Of a DNA stretch of 64,000 nt, positions 1 through 11,400 are shown one piece after another (the first letter of the stretch is position 1; the number at the start of each line of letters is the position of its first letter). Both the position numbers and the translations under genes were made by a program. The notes below the pieces were generated by a model, which was not told the DNA's origin, made no database searches, and saw only the letters and a program-made list of their open reading frames with translations. This stretch comes from a virus (taxonomy: Duplodnaviria > Heunggongvirae > Uroviricota > Caudoviricetes). Location: the IMG/VR virus record IMGVR_UViG_3300042471_001635; one strand, written 5' to 3'.

Positions 1-641
1 CACTCAAAGTTTTTCAAGACCTTCGGATGGTTACACATCCAATACCATTCATCCAAAAAGTCGATAGTTTTCTGTCCCGCGACAAAAATATTTGTTGTTC
101 TGTACCTTTGTCTAACATATTGGTTAATACCAAATAGTTCACAGGCGGGATGCTCTAACGTTGTACTTAAATCATCTCTACTATCAGCACCACCTCTAGT
201 ACCCACAAAAAGATAATCGTAAACACCTTCAGTGGCGTAAGGATAAACTTTATCGGTATCGTACAAATCGAAAACTCTATCAATGTACGGTGTTACAATC
301 ACATCACTATCAATATAAGCTATGGTTTCCGAATAATTCAATAATGCGTGTCGAGTCACATTTGGTCTTTGTATCAAAAGTTTGAATATTCTCTCATTTG
401 ACCTATTGATATAAAAATTAGAATCTGAGTCATGATACATGTTCCCACCATCCTCACCTAAATCACAATCCCATTTTATAGTTATAACGTTTTCGAAATC
501 TAACTTCAAATCACAGTTTAAAAAATAAACTATAACGGGTAAATCACTAAATTCACGAATTGATTTTACACAAGTTTTAACGATATCAAAATAGTTTTCA
601 TTTGCATAAAGAACGAATGATTTTTCGAATTTAACTTTCAT
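1..641 (-). CDS. Hypothetical protein, 5' part only (continues beyond window start); possible nucleotide-sugar glycosyltransferase-like
   Basis: Minus-strand ATG at 641-639, open reading frame to position 1 (MKVKFEKSFVLYANENYFDIVKTCVKSIREF...); absent from ORF track only because it is truncated by the window edge; sits in a glycan-enzyme cluster. Confidence 0.35.
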   Translation of the reverse strand, partial: MKVKFEKSFVLYANENYFDIVKTCVKSIREFSDLPVIVYFLNCDLKLDFENVITIKWDCDLGEDGGNMYHDSDSNFYINRSNERIFKLLIQRPNVTRHALLNYSETIAYIDSDVIVTPYIDRVFDLYDTDKVYPYATEGVYDYLFVGTRGGADSRDDLSTTLEHPACELFGINQYVRQRYRTTNIFVAGQKTIDFLDEWYWMCNHPKVLKNFE

Positions 642-644
642 AAT

Positions 645-1262
645 TTAGTAACTTTTTTTTACTGACCAAGTTCCAAACCATTCATTTGTCAACGTTAATT
701 CATATCCATAATCTTCACAAAACTCATCAACTGCAGGATTTACACCAAAAACACCGTGATAAAAATTTCCATTCCAAATATGTTTGTCTTTTTTATTTGG
801 TAAATAATTTGGGTCATTGTACCAATCTAAATCAATATAATCGTGACCAAGGATATACCCACCAATTTTCACTTTTGGAAACCATAATTTGATGTCCTGA
901 ACAACATAATCGTAAGCGTGATTTGCATCGATATATACAAAATCTAAAGAATGGTCGTTGAATATTTTTGCGGAAATTTCAGATGAGGCCCTAATCATTA
1001 CGGCTCTGTCTTCATATCCCTCAATGTTTTTCATCGCCTCCTCGTAAACATTTTCACTTTGAAGTAGATGATTACTTGAATCTATATACCCATCTTTTAG
1101 TCCTCTCCAAACATCTACCATGTAGAGTGTACCATTCCAATTTTGAATTATTTGTTTGGAGAAAGAACCCTTGAAGGTTCCAACTTCAACACCAACCCCG
1201 TTCGGAAACTGAGAACATATTTTTGACATCAATTCTACTCTGTTCAATCCATTTTTTTTCAT
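645..1262 (-). CDS. Class I SAM-dependent methyltransferase (TylF/MycF-like sugar O-methyltransferase family)
   Basis: 205 aa; motif I-like GVEVGTFKGSFS, downstream VYIDANHAYDYV and ILGHDY motifs typical of macrocin-O-MTase-like enzymes. Confidence 0.5.
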   Translation of the reverse strand: MKKNGLNRVELMSKICSQFPNGVGVEVGTFKGSFSKQIIQNWNGTLYMVDVWRGLKDGYIDSSNHLLQSENVYEEAMKNIEGYEDRAVMIRASSEISAKIFNDHSLDFVYIDANHAYDYVVQDIKLWFPKVKIGGYILGHDYIDLDWYNDPNYLPNKKDKHIWNGNFYHGVFGVNPAVDEFCEDYGYELTLTNEWFGTWSVKKSY

Positions 1263-1269
1263 ATGAAAA

Positions 1270-2214
1270 TTATATTTTTACTATTTCAATTATTTTTTTA
1301 AAAACTTGATTTACGTTAGGATGACAAAGAAATTCTTTTTTATTTTCTAAGCATCCAACCAAAGAAGGTATGCCTTTAATTGTATTCCAATATTTTACAC
1401 CATATTTCATATCAGATGCACAGGCTAGTTCACATTCACCTGAAATATAATGGTATTTGTAATTTTGTGTACCTTTTCTATAAGGGGCTCTCAGTTTGTA
1501 ATTAACAGAACTACCAAGTTGAAAAATATTTGCATCGGTGGTTCCTGCCAAATGTAACATACCCGAATCCATAGTAACCACCCCTAATGATTTTTGCATC
1601 AACCACCATGTTTGAGAAATATCCGCCTTGTTCAATAAATTTAAACCTAGATTTATTGGAAAATCAAATACAGGTTTTTGGACGTTGGAATTTCCAATCT
1701 CACTTGAGTTTTTACCAACAGACACGACTGAAATTCCAACATCATTGAGGAGAGAGGTTAATAAAACCCACTTATCATATGACCAAGTTCTTGAAGCCCA
1801 AGTCTGTACGGGATGAATTATTATAAAATCTTTTGGTAAATTTTCAATTTCTATAAATTTGTCAGGAATAAATTCCATCTCCATCTCGTTTGGTAAAAGC
1901 TGAAACCCTAAGCCAGCGGCATGAAATTGTCTTATATCGAATTGATTATGACGTAAAGAAATTCCAAATTTGTTTTCTACATTTGGTAAAAAACTATTTA
2001 GCATTTCATATCTATCCTCAAGTACCTCTCTGTTACTATTTTGGGTTGACCACAACTCACTAACAAAAGTATTGTTTTTGAAAATAATGGGATGGTGTGT
2101 AAGGACTGCAATCTTTTTACCATATGAGTAGTATAGTTTTTTTAATGTAGGGGTTGCACATATTGTGTCTCCCAATCCTCTTGACTCAGTTAAATCCAAA
2201 CAGACTTCACTCAT
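1270..2214 (-). CDS. Glycosyltransferase, GT9 (heptosyltransferase)-like
   Basis: 314 aa; C-terminal TMDSGMLHLAGTTDANIFQLGS resembles the GT9 DSGPMHLAAALG motif. Confidence 0.5.
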   Translation of the reverse strand: MSEVCLDLTESRGLGDTICATPTLKKLYYSYGKKIAVLTHHPIIFKNNTFVSELWSTQNSNREVLEDRYEMLNSFLPNVENKFGISLRHNQFDIRQFHAAGLGFQLLPNEMEMEFIPDKFIEIENLPKDFIIIHPVQTWASRTWSYDKWVLLTSLLNDVGISVVSVGKNSSEIGNSNVQKPVFDFPINLGLNLLNKADISQTWWLMQKSLGVVTMDSGMLHLAGTTDANIFQLGSSVNYKLRAPYRKGTQNYKYHYISGECELACASDMKYGVKYWNTIKGIPSLVGCLENKKEFLCHPNVNQVFKKIIEIVKI

Positions 2215-2276
2215 ATGAGAAAATTTAAATTTTTAATCCTGATTTACAAAAATAAAATTTAATTTAGTTTTTTCAT

Positions 2277-3203
2277 ATGGAAAGCCTAGCCAATGTGACC
2301 TCACTTTTCAAGTTTGATATTGTGGGTGATAAATATAAAATAACTTATCTCGGAAAGCCACCGATATATATAAATTTTTCGGTGAAACTGAAAGGTCTCA
2401 GTGTCCCTGTACAAACAATTAGGCACGAATATCAAACAAAAGGGGAATGGTTTATACCAAGTATTGATTATACGGGTTGTGCTATTTTGGAGGTAAGAAA
2501 CTATGAAACTAAGCAATACCTGTTCGATAAAGTTATAAACCCTGTGGTTAGTAAAAAAAGAAAAGAACAAAATATTATTTGTATTGGACTTAATAAGACA
2601 GGCACTAGTTCTTTCTCTGAATCCCTTCAAAAATTAGGATTTAGACTATCACCGGAAGGACTTAATTTTATGACTTGCGTTCAAGATGTACTTTTTGATG
2701 ATTTAAATTCTACATTTTCAATCTTGGAAAACGAGAGATATAATCTCTATGAAGACATGCCATATTCATTTCCATTACTTTACGAAAAAATTTACGAAAG
2801 AAGGCCTGAAGATGTTTTTGTTCTCACAGTAAGAAATGATGTCGAAACATGGATAAAATCTGTGATTAATTTTTATCCCTTACTCCAAAATAAAACAGAA
2901 AAAGAATGGGAAGACAAATCTTATATGAGATATGTGTGGAGTAATGAAAAAGACGATATTTTACTCAATAATCAATTTCCTTTATTAGATGCTTGGGGAA
3001 TAAAAGATACCACAAATTTGGAGTCAAAACTTAGGGAAATTTATAATACTCATAATCAAAGTGCCATAGAATTTTTTTCACGGAAAAAATCAAATTTCAT
3101 TGTAATCGATGTGTCAAAAAAGAACGAACTTAAAAGATTGTCTAATTGGTTGGGAATTGAAACAAATCAAAATGATTTTGATTGGGTAAACAAAAACAGT
3201 TAA
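2277..3203 (+). CDS. Sulfotransferase-family protein
   Basis: 308 aa; 5'-PSB-like P-loop IICIGLNKTGTSSF and 3'-PB-like LTVRNDVETWIKS (R-N-x-x-E/D...S) motifs of PAPS-dependent sulfotransferases. Confidence 0.5.
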   Translation: MESLANVTSLFKFDIVGDKYKITYLGKPPIYINFSVKLKGLSVPVQTIRHEYQTKGEWFIPSIDYTGCAILEVRNYETKQYLFDKVINPVVSKKRKEQNIICIGLNKTGTSSFSESLQKLGFRLSPEGLNFMTCVQDVLFDDLNSTFSILENERYNLYEDMPYSFPLLYEKIYERRPEDVFVLTVRNDVETWIKSVINFYPLLQNKTEKEWEDKSYMRYVWSNEKDDILLNNQFPLLDAWGIKDTTNLESKLREIYNTHNQSAIEFFSRKKSNFIVIDVSKKNELKRLSNWLGIETNQNDFDWVNKNS

Positions 3204-3379
3204 TTCTTGGAAATTTTCTTTTTTTCTTTTCCATTATAAAGTCTAAGAAGCTTCAAGGAATCTTTATAATGCTTTTCCAACCTATCCAATTCTTCGATAG
3301 GAGTGTTTGTTTCACAAGCCGAATTATATTGTTCTTCAGCTTCTTGTATTATCTTCTTTATTGTTTTGAGAAGTTTCAT
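3200..3379 (-). CDS. Small hypothetical coiled-coil protein (59 aa, below ORF-track cutoff)
   Basis: Minus-strand ORF MKLLKTIKKIIQEAEEQYNSACETNTPIEELDRLEKHYKDSLKLLRLYNGKEKKKISKN in the 3204-3489 gap. Confidence 0.25.
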   Translation of the reverse strand: MKLLKTIKKIIQEAEEQYNSACETNTPIEELDRLEKHYKDSLKLLRLYNGKEKKKISKN

Positions 3380-3489
3380 ATCCTATAAATATTGTCAATT
3401 CCTTCCTTTATTTAACAAGTTAAGAAATTATATTTTGAAGTGTATAAAAACATCGGAACGGGTTATTTATAAGGTAAGAGTAATTTTAA

Positions 3490-6400
3490 ATGGCAGGTTA
3501 TTATAATTTTTCAGGAACAAGTTGTACCGATGGACTAGACTATGAATTGTGGACCTTTTATCCACCAGGAGTAACAATTAGTATAGGTTCTGTTTTAAGC
3601 GGGGTTACGACTTTGGATTATTATACAGTAATTTCTACACCTGTAATTACTCTATCACAACCAGGTTTTGAAGTAGATGGAAACGTAGATTATGGAAGTT
3701 GTCCAGCAACTCCTACACCTACCGAAACACCCACAAATACTCCAACTCCGAGCGTAACCGAAAGTGAAACTCCAACTCAAACACCTACTCAAACTCCAAC
3801 TCCCACAACATATTGTCTTTGTAATTATTTCGACATGACTATAAGTCAAGCCGATTTGGATGCTGCCATTGGTAACATCACTTTCTTGAATAACACGGTT
3901 TATGTTCAATATCTTGATTGTTATGGAAATTTTCAAATAACAACATACTCATCTGCAGGTAGTTTCCCAAATACTTTCTGTGCAAGATATGTTCAAGCAA
4001 CATATTATTATGTGAGTGATACACCTGTTGTAGCTGGTACTTCATTCCCTACTGACACATTTAATGATTGTTGTCCGACACCAACACCAACTGAAACATC
4101 TACTCAGACCCCTACTGAAACACCATCCAATACTCCCACAGAAACCCCAACTCAGACACCTTCACAAACAACTAGCCAAACTCCAACTCAGACTGAAACG
4201 GCAACTCAAACTCCAACTGAGACGCCCACTCAAACCGCAACGCCATCTGCAACAGAAACGCCAACCCAAACTCCAACGGAAACTCCTACACAAACAGAGA
4301 CAGCAACACAAACTCCGACGGAAACTCCTACACAAACAGAAACACCTACACAAACCCCGACACCTGATAGTTCACCAACTCCAACACAAACTGAAACTCC
4401 GACAGAGACTCCTACTGAAACCCCAACTCAGACTGCAAGTGAAACACCTACTGAAACTCCAACGCAAACCGAGACGCCTACACAAACTCCAACGCCTAAT
4501 AGTACCCTAACACCTACTGCCACGGAGACTCCTACAGAAACTCCAACAGCGACCGAAACTCCAACGCAGACACCAAGTGATACGCCAACTCAAACTCCCA
4601 CTGAAACACCAACAGAAACTCCTACACAAACAGCTTCAGAAACTCCTACACAAACAGCCTCAGAAACTCCTACACAAACAGCTTCAGAAACTCCTACACA
4701 AACAGCTTCAGAAACTCCAACTGAGACGCCGACTCAAACTGCTACACCATCTACAACTCCAACGTTTGGGTTAACACCTACCTCAACAGAGACACAAACC
4801 CCTACTCAAACAGAGACCCCAACTCAGACCCCATCAAACACTTCTACTGAAACGCCAACACAAACAGAAACCCCAACAGAGACACCTACTGAAACTCCAA
4901 CTCAAACTGCGAGTGAAACACCAACTGAGACCCCAACTCAAACAGAAACGGCCACACAAACTCCGACACCTGATAGTACCCAAACACCGACTGCGACGGA
5001 GACTCCTACAGAAACTCCAACGGCGACCGAAACTCCTACACAAACCTCAACTCCAACACAAACACCTGGATTGACACCTACACAAACTACAACTCCAACT
5101 TTAACACCTGAGTTAGTCATTCAATTTGAGGAATGTGATTCAAACTTTGTATTTCGTTTTGCAGGTAGTCCGATGGCTTATCTCCCCGTTGATTCGGTTT
5201 ATTTGATTGAGGGTAGTTTGGATTTTTCGGGCTGTGCTACGGTTGTGGCATATACTTCAGAAGGTCCACTTTATAATTCTGCTGGAGTTACATTTACTGA
5301 AATTGATTACTGTGGTAATACGACTTACTGTCCAAGAACTGATAGAAAGGCTGCACAACTTGCAAGATGTAGGGATGGTCTGTTGAGTTATTTCATGGTG
5401 GATGTAGACACTGCATTCCAATATGGTGTTTATTTCTATCAAGGAGATTGTTGGAAATTTGTAAGATTTGATGGACCTGGTGGTCCATACCTTGGTTCAC
5501 CAAGTTATTTCAGCTGCGAAGATACTGTATGTATACCAACACCAACACCAACTGTAACGCCAAGAGAAACACCAACACAAACTCCAACACCATCCCCAAC
5601 TCCAACTGCTTGTCCTTATTCAACTTTTTGTTTTAGAACAACTCAACCTGACCTTGAGGACTTCAGTGGAAATTATACTGAGTATGGCTACGTATATAAT
5701 GATGAACTAACTTATTCAGGAGATGGAATTAACATTGGAGTAATTTATTATTTCACATCTTCAACTGAGAGTTATTGGTGTTTAAGCACTTCTTTGGGTG
5801 GTTCATGTGTACTTAGAGGTTCATCACCTTGTAATTCGAACTGTCCTGACATCAGTGGAAACTTCTTCACTTCAGGTGTTTGTCCTACACCTACACCTTC
5901 ACCATCTGCCTGCACAATTGACTTTGTTGCATATTTTGATTGTGATTGGGAACCTGTCCCGACGCCGACCTTGACTGTCACAGATGTTGATTTTGATGTA
6001 ACAAGCATTGGACTAACTCCAACACCAACCTCTACAAATCCATGTTTAGGTAAGGCTGTGGAATTCCAATTATATGAGTCTACACCTACACCAACACCAT
6101 CAAACACCGCAACACCAACTAGCTCAAGAGTTTATGAACCAGTTGGAGGTAAAGTGTCGTTCGAAATCTTTGATTCACCAATCTCTTGTCCTGAAGTGGC
6201 TATTCTCAAAGAATGCACTCAAGGAACAGATTTCTACTTCTGCGCACAAAATCAATTGGTATTCAACGGTCTTGTTGTGGAACCTGGTACAATAATGAAT
6301 GCAATTATCAACGGACAGTATGTTTGCGTTGAATATATTGGTAATCGTTCTAACACTTCATCAAATTCTGTAATCACCTCTATTATCAACCTTTATTCAG

Positions 6401-7365
6401 ATTGTCAGAGCTGTGTTGTTTTTCCAACACCAACAGTTACTCTCACTCCTACTCAAACTCAAACGCCATCTAATACTGCAACACCAACTCAAACCGCGAC
6501 AGTAACACCAACTACTACAACAACAAGAACACCAGATTTGACCCCTGACCCAACAACATCAATAACACCGACAAATACGGCTTCAAACACTCCTACACCG
6601 TCTTATACTCAAACACCAACCCCAACCAATTTGCAAAAGTATTATGTGTTTACCCTCTGTCCTAATCAAGAAAGTACAATAAGATTTAATAGATTGTTCC
6701 AAACTTCACCACTCACGGTTCCAATCCTTCCAACCAAAGTATTCACCGATGACAATGGTTTGTGCTGGACATATGAAGGATTCACAACAGCAATTGTTCC
6801 AAATCCAAATTATGTTGACTTGATTTGGCAAGACAATTATTTCGGTACCGCGGGAGAATTGCAATCGGATACTTGTGACGAGTGCCTCACAACATCTACA
6901 AAAATAAATCTTCAACTTCAAGTTTTCCCAAGCTTTGAGGGATATATCCCAAGTGGGGCAACAACAACATTTGATAGTCCAAACTTTGGCGTCTCTTTCT
7001 ATGATGGAATTGACCCGAATAATGGAACATTATTTTATCCACCATCTGATGTGTTGAACGACGGTGTAATTGTATTTAATTTGATTACCTTAATTGGTTC
7101 AGACCCTTATTCAATTTCTAAGTTAGCGGTGGGAGTAATTCACGGAAGATTTTTCTCAAAGGCAAATGTTATTGTTAAAGCATATATTAATGGAGTTTTA
7201 GCAAGCCAAGTAACACAACTTATTGAAGGAAATAGTGAAAACTTCGGAATTCAAATTGGAGGTTTGTTTGAAGAAATAAACTGTGTATCGAACCCGTGTT
7301 TGAGAGAATTAAATAGAGGAGACATATTACTTATAACAGTAGAACAAAATTCAGAAATAGGATAA
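3490..7365 (+). CDS. Giant Thr/Pro-rich (PTQT/PTET repeat) mucin-like fibre/adhesin protein with Cys-rich globular modules
   Basis: 1291 aa ORF; long (T-P-T-Q/E-T)n linkers alternating with Cys-containing domains; other-frame and antisense ORFs inside it are repeat artefacts. Confidence 0.8.
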   Translation: MAGYYNFSGTSCTDGLDYELWTFYPPGVTISIGSVLSGVTTLDYYTVISTPVITLSQPGFEVDGNVDYGSCPATPTPTETPTNTPTPSVTESETPTQTPTQTPTPTTYCLCNYFDMTISQADLDAAIGNITFLNNTVYVQYLDCYGNFQITTYSSAGSFPNTFCARYVQATYYYVSDTPVVAGTSFPTDTFNDCCPTPTPTETSTQTPTETPSNTPTETPTQTPSQTTSQTPTQTETATQTPTETPTQTATPSATETPTQTPTETPTQTETATQTPTETPTQTETPTQTPTPDSSPTPTQTETPTETPTETPTQTASETPTETPTQTETPTQTPTPNSTLTPTATETPTETPTATETPTQTPSDTPTQTPTETPTETPTQTASETPTQTASETPTQTASETPTQTASETPTETPTQTATPSTTPTFGLTPTSTETQTPTQTETPTQTPSNTSTETPTQTETPTETPTETPTQTASETPTETPTQTETATQTPTPDSTQTPTATETPTETPTATETPTQTSTPTQTPGLTPTQTTTPTLTPELVIQFEECDSNFVFRFAGSPMAYLPVDSVYLIEGSLDFSGCATVVAYTSEGPLYNSAGVTFTEIDYCGNTTYCPRTDRKAAQLARCRDGLLSYFMVDVDTAFQYGVYFYQGDCWKFVRFDGPGGPYLGSPSYFSCEDTVCIPTPTPTVTPRETPTQTPTPSPTPTACPYSTFCFRTTQPDLEDFSGNYTEYGYVYNDELTYSGDGINIGVIYYFTSSTESYWCLSTSLGGSCVLRGSSPCNSNCPDISGNFFTSGVCPTPTPSPSACTIDFVAYFDCDWEPVPTPTLTVTDVDFDVTSIGLTPTPTSTNPCLGKAVEFQLYESTPTPTPSNTATPTSSRVYEPVGGKVSFEIFDSPISCPEVAILKECTQGTDFYFCAQNQLVFNGLVVEPGTIMNAIINGQYVCVEYIGNRSNTSSNSVITSIINLYSDCQSCVVFPTPTVTLTPTQTQTPSNTATPTQTATVTPTTTTTRTPDLTPDPTTSITPTNTASNTPTPSYTQTPTPTNLQKYYVFTLCPNQESTIRFNRLFQTSPLTVPILPTKVFTDDNGLCWTYEGFTTAIVPNPNYVDLIWQDNYFGTAGELQSDTCDECLTTSTKINLQLQVFPSFEGYIPSGATTTFDSPNFGVSFYDGIDPNNGTLFYPPSDVLNDGVIVFNLITLIGSDPYSISKLAVGVIHGRFFSKANVIVKAYINGVLASQVTQLIEGNSENFGIQIGGLFEEINCVSNPCLRELNRGDILLITVEQNSEIG
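4615..4712 (+). repeat. Tandem 24-nt repeat (~4 copies; encodes ETPTQTAS)
   Basis: gaaactcctacacaaacagcttca reiterated. Confidence 0.7.
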
Positions 7366-7581
7366 ATGGCACTTACAATAACCATATCATCAATAACTGG
7401 CACGTCACCTTACAATGTATATCTCTGTGAGGGAGATGGAACTGGATGTTTTTATATAAATCAGATTTCATCCACACCCTACACATTTGACATACCAGCA
7501 CCCTATGATACATCAACATCATATATGGTAAAAATAGTAGATGCTGTAGGTTGTATTATAACTTCCACTCAATCATTATGA
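7366..7581 (+). CDS. Small protein consisting of a single copy of the ~65-aa N-terminal domain of the downstream fibre protein
   Basis: 71 aa; ...YNVYLCEGDGTGCFYINQISSTPYTFDIPAPYD... paralogous to the N-terminus of the 7578 ORF (...NIYYCDSLSASCVFVSSVATFPFVFDVPAPYD...); start abuts the stop of the 3490 ORF. Confidence 0.5.
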   Translation: MALTITISSITGTSPYNVYLCEGDGTGCFYINQISSTPYTFDIPAPYDTSTSYMVKIVDAVGCIITSTQSL

Positions 7582-9131
7582 GCCAACAAGTAACCATAAC
7601 ATCAGTAACCGCAAACACACCAGTGAACATCTATTATTGTGATTCACTCAGTGCTTCCTGTGTTTTTGTTTCTAGTGTGGCTACATTCCCATTTGTATTT
7701 GACGTGCCAGCACCATACGACGAACAAAATTTTGTAATAAAAATTGAAGATACCTCAGGATTTGAAGATTATAAAACAATCGACATCACTCCTACCTCCA
7801 CAAGTCAACCCACCACAACTCCAACTAATACTCCGAGCCAAACTCCTACTCAGACACCAACGAATACACCCTCAAATACTACAACACCATCTCAAACGGG
7901 GACACCAACTCAAACACCTTCTACATCAATTGAGGTATATCCCCCAATTCAACCGAGTCCAAATGTTGTTCAACACCCTGTAGGACAGAGTGTTGTTTGT
8001 GAAGCGGCAAATGCGTGTGATGATACCTTGACAACTAGAGTTCTATACAATTATGAAGCAGATGCTTCGGTGCAACCTGTGATAGGTATTACAATTTATT
8101 CTGCTTATTTCAGTTCAGCTTTATACGACCCTTATAATGGCAACAACGAGTGGATTTTGATGAGTTGGATTAATGGAACCTATGCCGTACAGATTACACC
8201 ACAGGGAACAATCAAAAGTTTTGTTCTTTGTCAAGAAAATCCAACTCCTTCACCAACAAAAACGCCAACTACTACACCCACTAATACACCAACTCAAACT
8301 CAAACTCAGACACAAACACCAACGCAAACAGCAACACCTTCAACAACAGCAACGATAGGTCTAACCCCAACATCAACTGAAACACCAAGTCAAACCCCAA
8401 CCCAAACTCCATCTACAACAACAACACTAACTGCAACACCAACCCAAACACCATCTCAAACTCAAACGCAAACCCAAACTCCATCTACAACAACAACACT
8501 AACTGCAACACCAACCCAAACACCATCTCAAACTCAAACGCAAACCCAAACTCCTTCTAATACAGAAACACCGACACAAACTCCAACACCTTCAACTACT
8601 CCAATTTGTTGTAATTGCTTTGCATTGACAAACGAAGGAGACCCAACCAATACAAATACTACAAATTATACAGATTGTGATGGTAATCCACAATCTATTA
8701 TAAATAAAATACAATTTGCAACTGCAACTTACTTCTGTGCAGTTCCAGGGTCAATTACAACATCTGGAGGTTTGACCGTGCTCCAAGTTCCTGATGACCT
8801 ACTCACTTGTGGTGGTTCTTGTCAACCATGTCCAACTCCTACACAAACCCCATCACAAACGGAAACACAAACCCAAACACCAACACCTTCACCAACACCA
8901 AATACTGGTTGTTATTCTTTAACAAATGAAGGAGACCCCACAGAAACCAATCTGACCACTTACACAGATTGTGATGGAAATCCACAATCAATTGTAAATA
9001 AAGCGTTCGAGTCAGGAGCAACTTACTTCTGTGCTCTTCCTGGTACAATCACATTTTCATCAGGTTTGACAGTAATAATGGTTGATGATAATTTAGGAAC
9101 ATGTGGATATAGTTGTGGAGGTTGTACATAA
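7578..9131 (+). CDS. Thr/Pro-rich repeat fibre protein with two paralogous Cys-rich C-terminal modules
   Basis: ORF track starts at a TTG (7551); the ATG at 7578 overlaps the upstream stop (ATGA); PTQT linkers; duplicated CxxCxALTNEGDPT...YTDCDGNPQSI modules. Confidence 0.75.
   Translation: MSQQVTITSVTANTPVNIYYCDSLSASCVFVSSVATFPFVFDVPAPYDEQNFVIKIEDTSGFEDYKTIDITPTSTSQPTTTPTNTPSQTPTQTPTNTPSNTTTPSQTGTPTQTPSTSIEVYPPIQPSPNVVQHPVGQSVVCEAANACDDTLTTRVLYNYEADASVQPVIGITIYSAYFSSALYDPYNGNNEWILMSWINGTYAVQITPQGTIKSFVLCQENPTPSPTKTPTTTPTNTPTQTQTQTQTPTQTATPSTTATIGLTPTSTETPSQTPTQTPSTTTTLTATPTQTPSQTQTQTQTPSTTTTLTATPTQTPSQTQTQTQTPSNTETPTQTPTPSTTPICCNCFALTNEGDPTNTNTTNYTDCDGNPQSIINKIQFATATYFCAVPGSITTSGGLTVLQVPDDLLTCGGSCQPCPTPTQTPSQTETQTQTPTPSPTPNTGCYSLTNEGDPTETNLTTYTDCDGNPQSIVNKAFESGATYFCALPGTITFSSGLTVIMVDDNLGTCGYSCGGCT
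8400..8545 (+). repeat. Tandem 72-nt repeat (2 copies) inside a PT-linker
   Basis: Encodes [24 protein letters not shown] twice. Confidence 0.6.
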
Positions 9132-9163
9132 AAATCTGAAAAATATACTTATAGAATATATAA

Positions 9164-11362
9164 ATGTCTTGTAATTGTTACCATATCGAAATCCCACAAT
9201 CCGTACAAACCAACGGTGTTAATGAAATATATCTTTGGCAAAAACTTTGTAACTTATACTATATTGCTGGAGTTTGGAACGGCTCTCTTTTGACTTATAT
9301 GGATGGAACTACCGCGGTTTATGACCTGTGTTTGGACAACGAATATGGTATTGAATTTAGTTATGGGTTTAGTGGACCCAAATTCACAACATCTGAGGTT
9401 CCTGAAATTACAGTAAATATTTTGGGTACTTGTACGGTAATTGGAGATTGTTATACACCACCAACACCCACTCAAACACAAACCCAAACTCAAACGCCAT
9501 CGCCGACTCTTACATTAACAGCATCTCCAACCCAAACACCAAGCCAAACTCAGACACCATCACAAACCGGCACACCACCACCAACACCTACTCAAACACA
9601 AACCCAAACTCAAACACCTTCACCCACAAAAGTTGTCTGTGGCATAGGAGTAACATCTCAAAGTTTTTATTATTATGATTGTTGTGGAAATCTGATATCA
9701 TCTACTGGTGCAGGTCAAGAAGTGTCTTTTGATTACACTAAACCTTACCAAGGAGTTACAAAATTGAACCTCTCTACTTCCTCAGTTTGTCCAACTCCAA
9801 CGCAGACTCAGACACCGAGCCAAACTCCAAGTCAAACCCAAACTCCAACACAAACACCATCTCAAACTCAAACGCAAACCCAAACGCCAACATCCACCCC
9901 TGTACCTACGTGTTCTGCTCAACCAAATTTAGCCAACGAGTGTGAAGTTTTCACTCTATTCGATATGGGAGTTCAATGTAACTTGATTAAAGAGCCAACT
10001 GTCGGAAGATTTGATGGTATATTATCAGTTAATGTGACAGGTGGAACAGCACCTTATACTTTCTATTGGAATACTGGTGAAAGGACTCAAACCATTTCTA
10101 ACATACCTTATGGAAGGTACACAGTTCTTGTTGTGGATTATTATGGAGATTATTCCGCCACAACTGCGTGTAATATATTGGCTCCAACACCAACAGCTAC
10201 TACCACACCAACAATCACACCCACACCGTCAACAACACCACCTAACGCTCCACCGTTGTGTTTAAGATTTGTTTCACCTCCGAGTTTTGGAGGGTCTGGT
10301 GGCTCTGCTATGTATAAGGAATTACCTCTGACTTTCGTGACCTCTGGAAACCAAAACGGGAAACCAACGTGGTATAATTATTCAAAAAATCTTTCGATTA
10401 TTTGGAATGACTCAGTAACTCCTAACAGATGGGATATAACAAATTGGCCTTACGGAGGAACACCTATTTCAACAAACCAAGGAACAATACCAGATACAGG
10501 ATGGCAGTTCTTGGGTACACCGGGTGTTTATTCCCAAATTGTTTCATCAAGGGGTCAATGTCCTTCGGTTTCTCCATTAGTTTTTGAATATCAAATAACA
10601 CCAGCTTCTTGTCCAGGAGTTTGTAACGGAAGTTTGGTGGTTGTGCCAGGAGGAGGAATGACACCATTCAGCTACTCGGTTGATGGCGTTAATTTCCAAA
10701 GTTCAAATATTTTCAACAACTTGTGTCCTTCTACTTTCGGTCTTACAATAAAAGATGCTGTAAATCAAACTTATAGTCAATCCATAACAATTGGTTCAGG
10801 AACAGCAACTACTTTGCAATTGAAACCTGAAATCATTACAAGTAATGGACCTGTCGCAAGTGGACCAAGTGTACAGACAGTAACATGGAAAATAACTTCT
10901 AATCCACCAATACCTGCTGGTGTTTCTTTAACAGGTCAAATCTTGTTCGAAATTTCACAAACAGAACAAGGTCCGACTAGCAGTTCAGGTCCAGCGACAA
11001 CTTATTTAATCAATGCATCTAACGTTGCAATTCAAAATAATTCTACATTAACTTTGTTGACATCTCCTATCATAACTCAAAGTGTCCCGAGTACTTGTAA
11101 TTCAGCTCTTGTTTCAGCTTCGAATGAAAATTACTCACAATCAACTCTTGTTACTTTAGGAAATGGATTTATTTTGACAGGTACAACTGTTTCATCATTG
11201 AATATTACGGGTGGAATTACTCAATTTAACTGTTCAACTACAGCTAAACAAACAATTTCGTTGACCCTTTCAAATTTCAAAGTTTTAGGAAATCCGTGTT
11301 ACACGGTACAAACACAGAATTTGGTATTGGTCAATAATCATACTTACACAATTTCAAGTTAG
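9164..11362 (+). CDS. Thr/Pro-rich fibre/adhesin protein with SprB-like repeat domains
   Basis: 732 aa; GGTAPYTFYWNTGERTQTISNIPYGRYTVLVVDYYGDYSATTAC and CNGSLVVVPGGGMTPFSYSVDG match the SprB-repeat pattern of Flavobacterium gliding adhesins; PTQTQT linkers. Confidence 0.8.
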   Translation: MSCNCYHIEIPQSVQTNGVNEIYLWQKLCNLYYIAGVWNGSLLTYMDGTTAVYDLCLDNEYGIEFSYGFSGPKFTTSEVPEITVNILGTCTVIGDCYTPPTPTQTQTQTQTPSPTLTLTASPTQTPSQTQTPSQTGTPPPTPTQTQTQTQTPSPTKVVCGIGVTSQSFYYYDCCGNLISSTGAGQEVSFDYTKPYQGVTKLNLSTSSVCPTPTQTQTPSQTPSQTQTPTQTPSQTQTQTQTPTSTPVPTCSAQPNLANECEVFTLFDMGVQCNLIKEPTVGRFDGILSVNVTGGTAPYTFYWNTGERTQTISNIPYGRYTVLVVDYYGDYSATTACNILAPTPTATTTPTITPTPSTTPPNAPPLCLRFVSPPSFGGSGGSAMYKELPLTFVTSGNQNGKPTWYNYSKNLSIIWNDSVTPNRWDITNWPYGGTPISTNQGTIPDTGWQFLGTPGVYSQIVSSRGQCPSVSPLVFEYQITPASCPGVCNGSLVVVPGGGMTPFSYSVDGVNFQSSNIFNNLCPSTFGLTIKDAVNQTYSQSITIGSGTATTLQLKPEIITSNGPVASGPSVQTVTWKITSNPPIPAGVSLTGQILFEISQTEQGPTSSSGPATTYLINASNVAIQNNSTLTLLTSPIITQSVPSTCNSALVSASNENYSQSTLVTLGNGFILTGTTVSSLNITGGITQFNCSTTAKQTISLTLSNFKVLGNPCYTVQTQNLVLVNNHTYTISS

Positions 11363-11400
11363 ACTATAAAATGAAATCTAAAAAACTATATTTATAAGGG

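Noticed and set aside
3655-6107. Multiple antisense and alternate-frame ORFs (e.g. 4064-4510, 4162-4353, 4834-5043, 5772-6107) inside the 3490-7365 gene
   Set aside because: Low-complexity translations (runs of L/K/H/Q or C/R/S) produced by the PTQT codon repeats; they lie entirely inside a long, well-supported ORF
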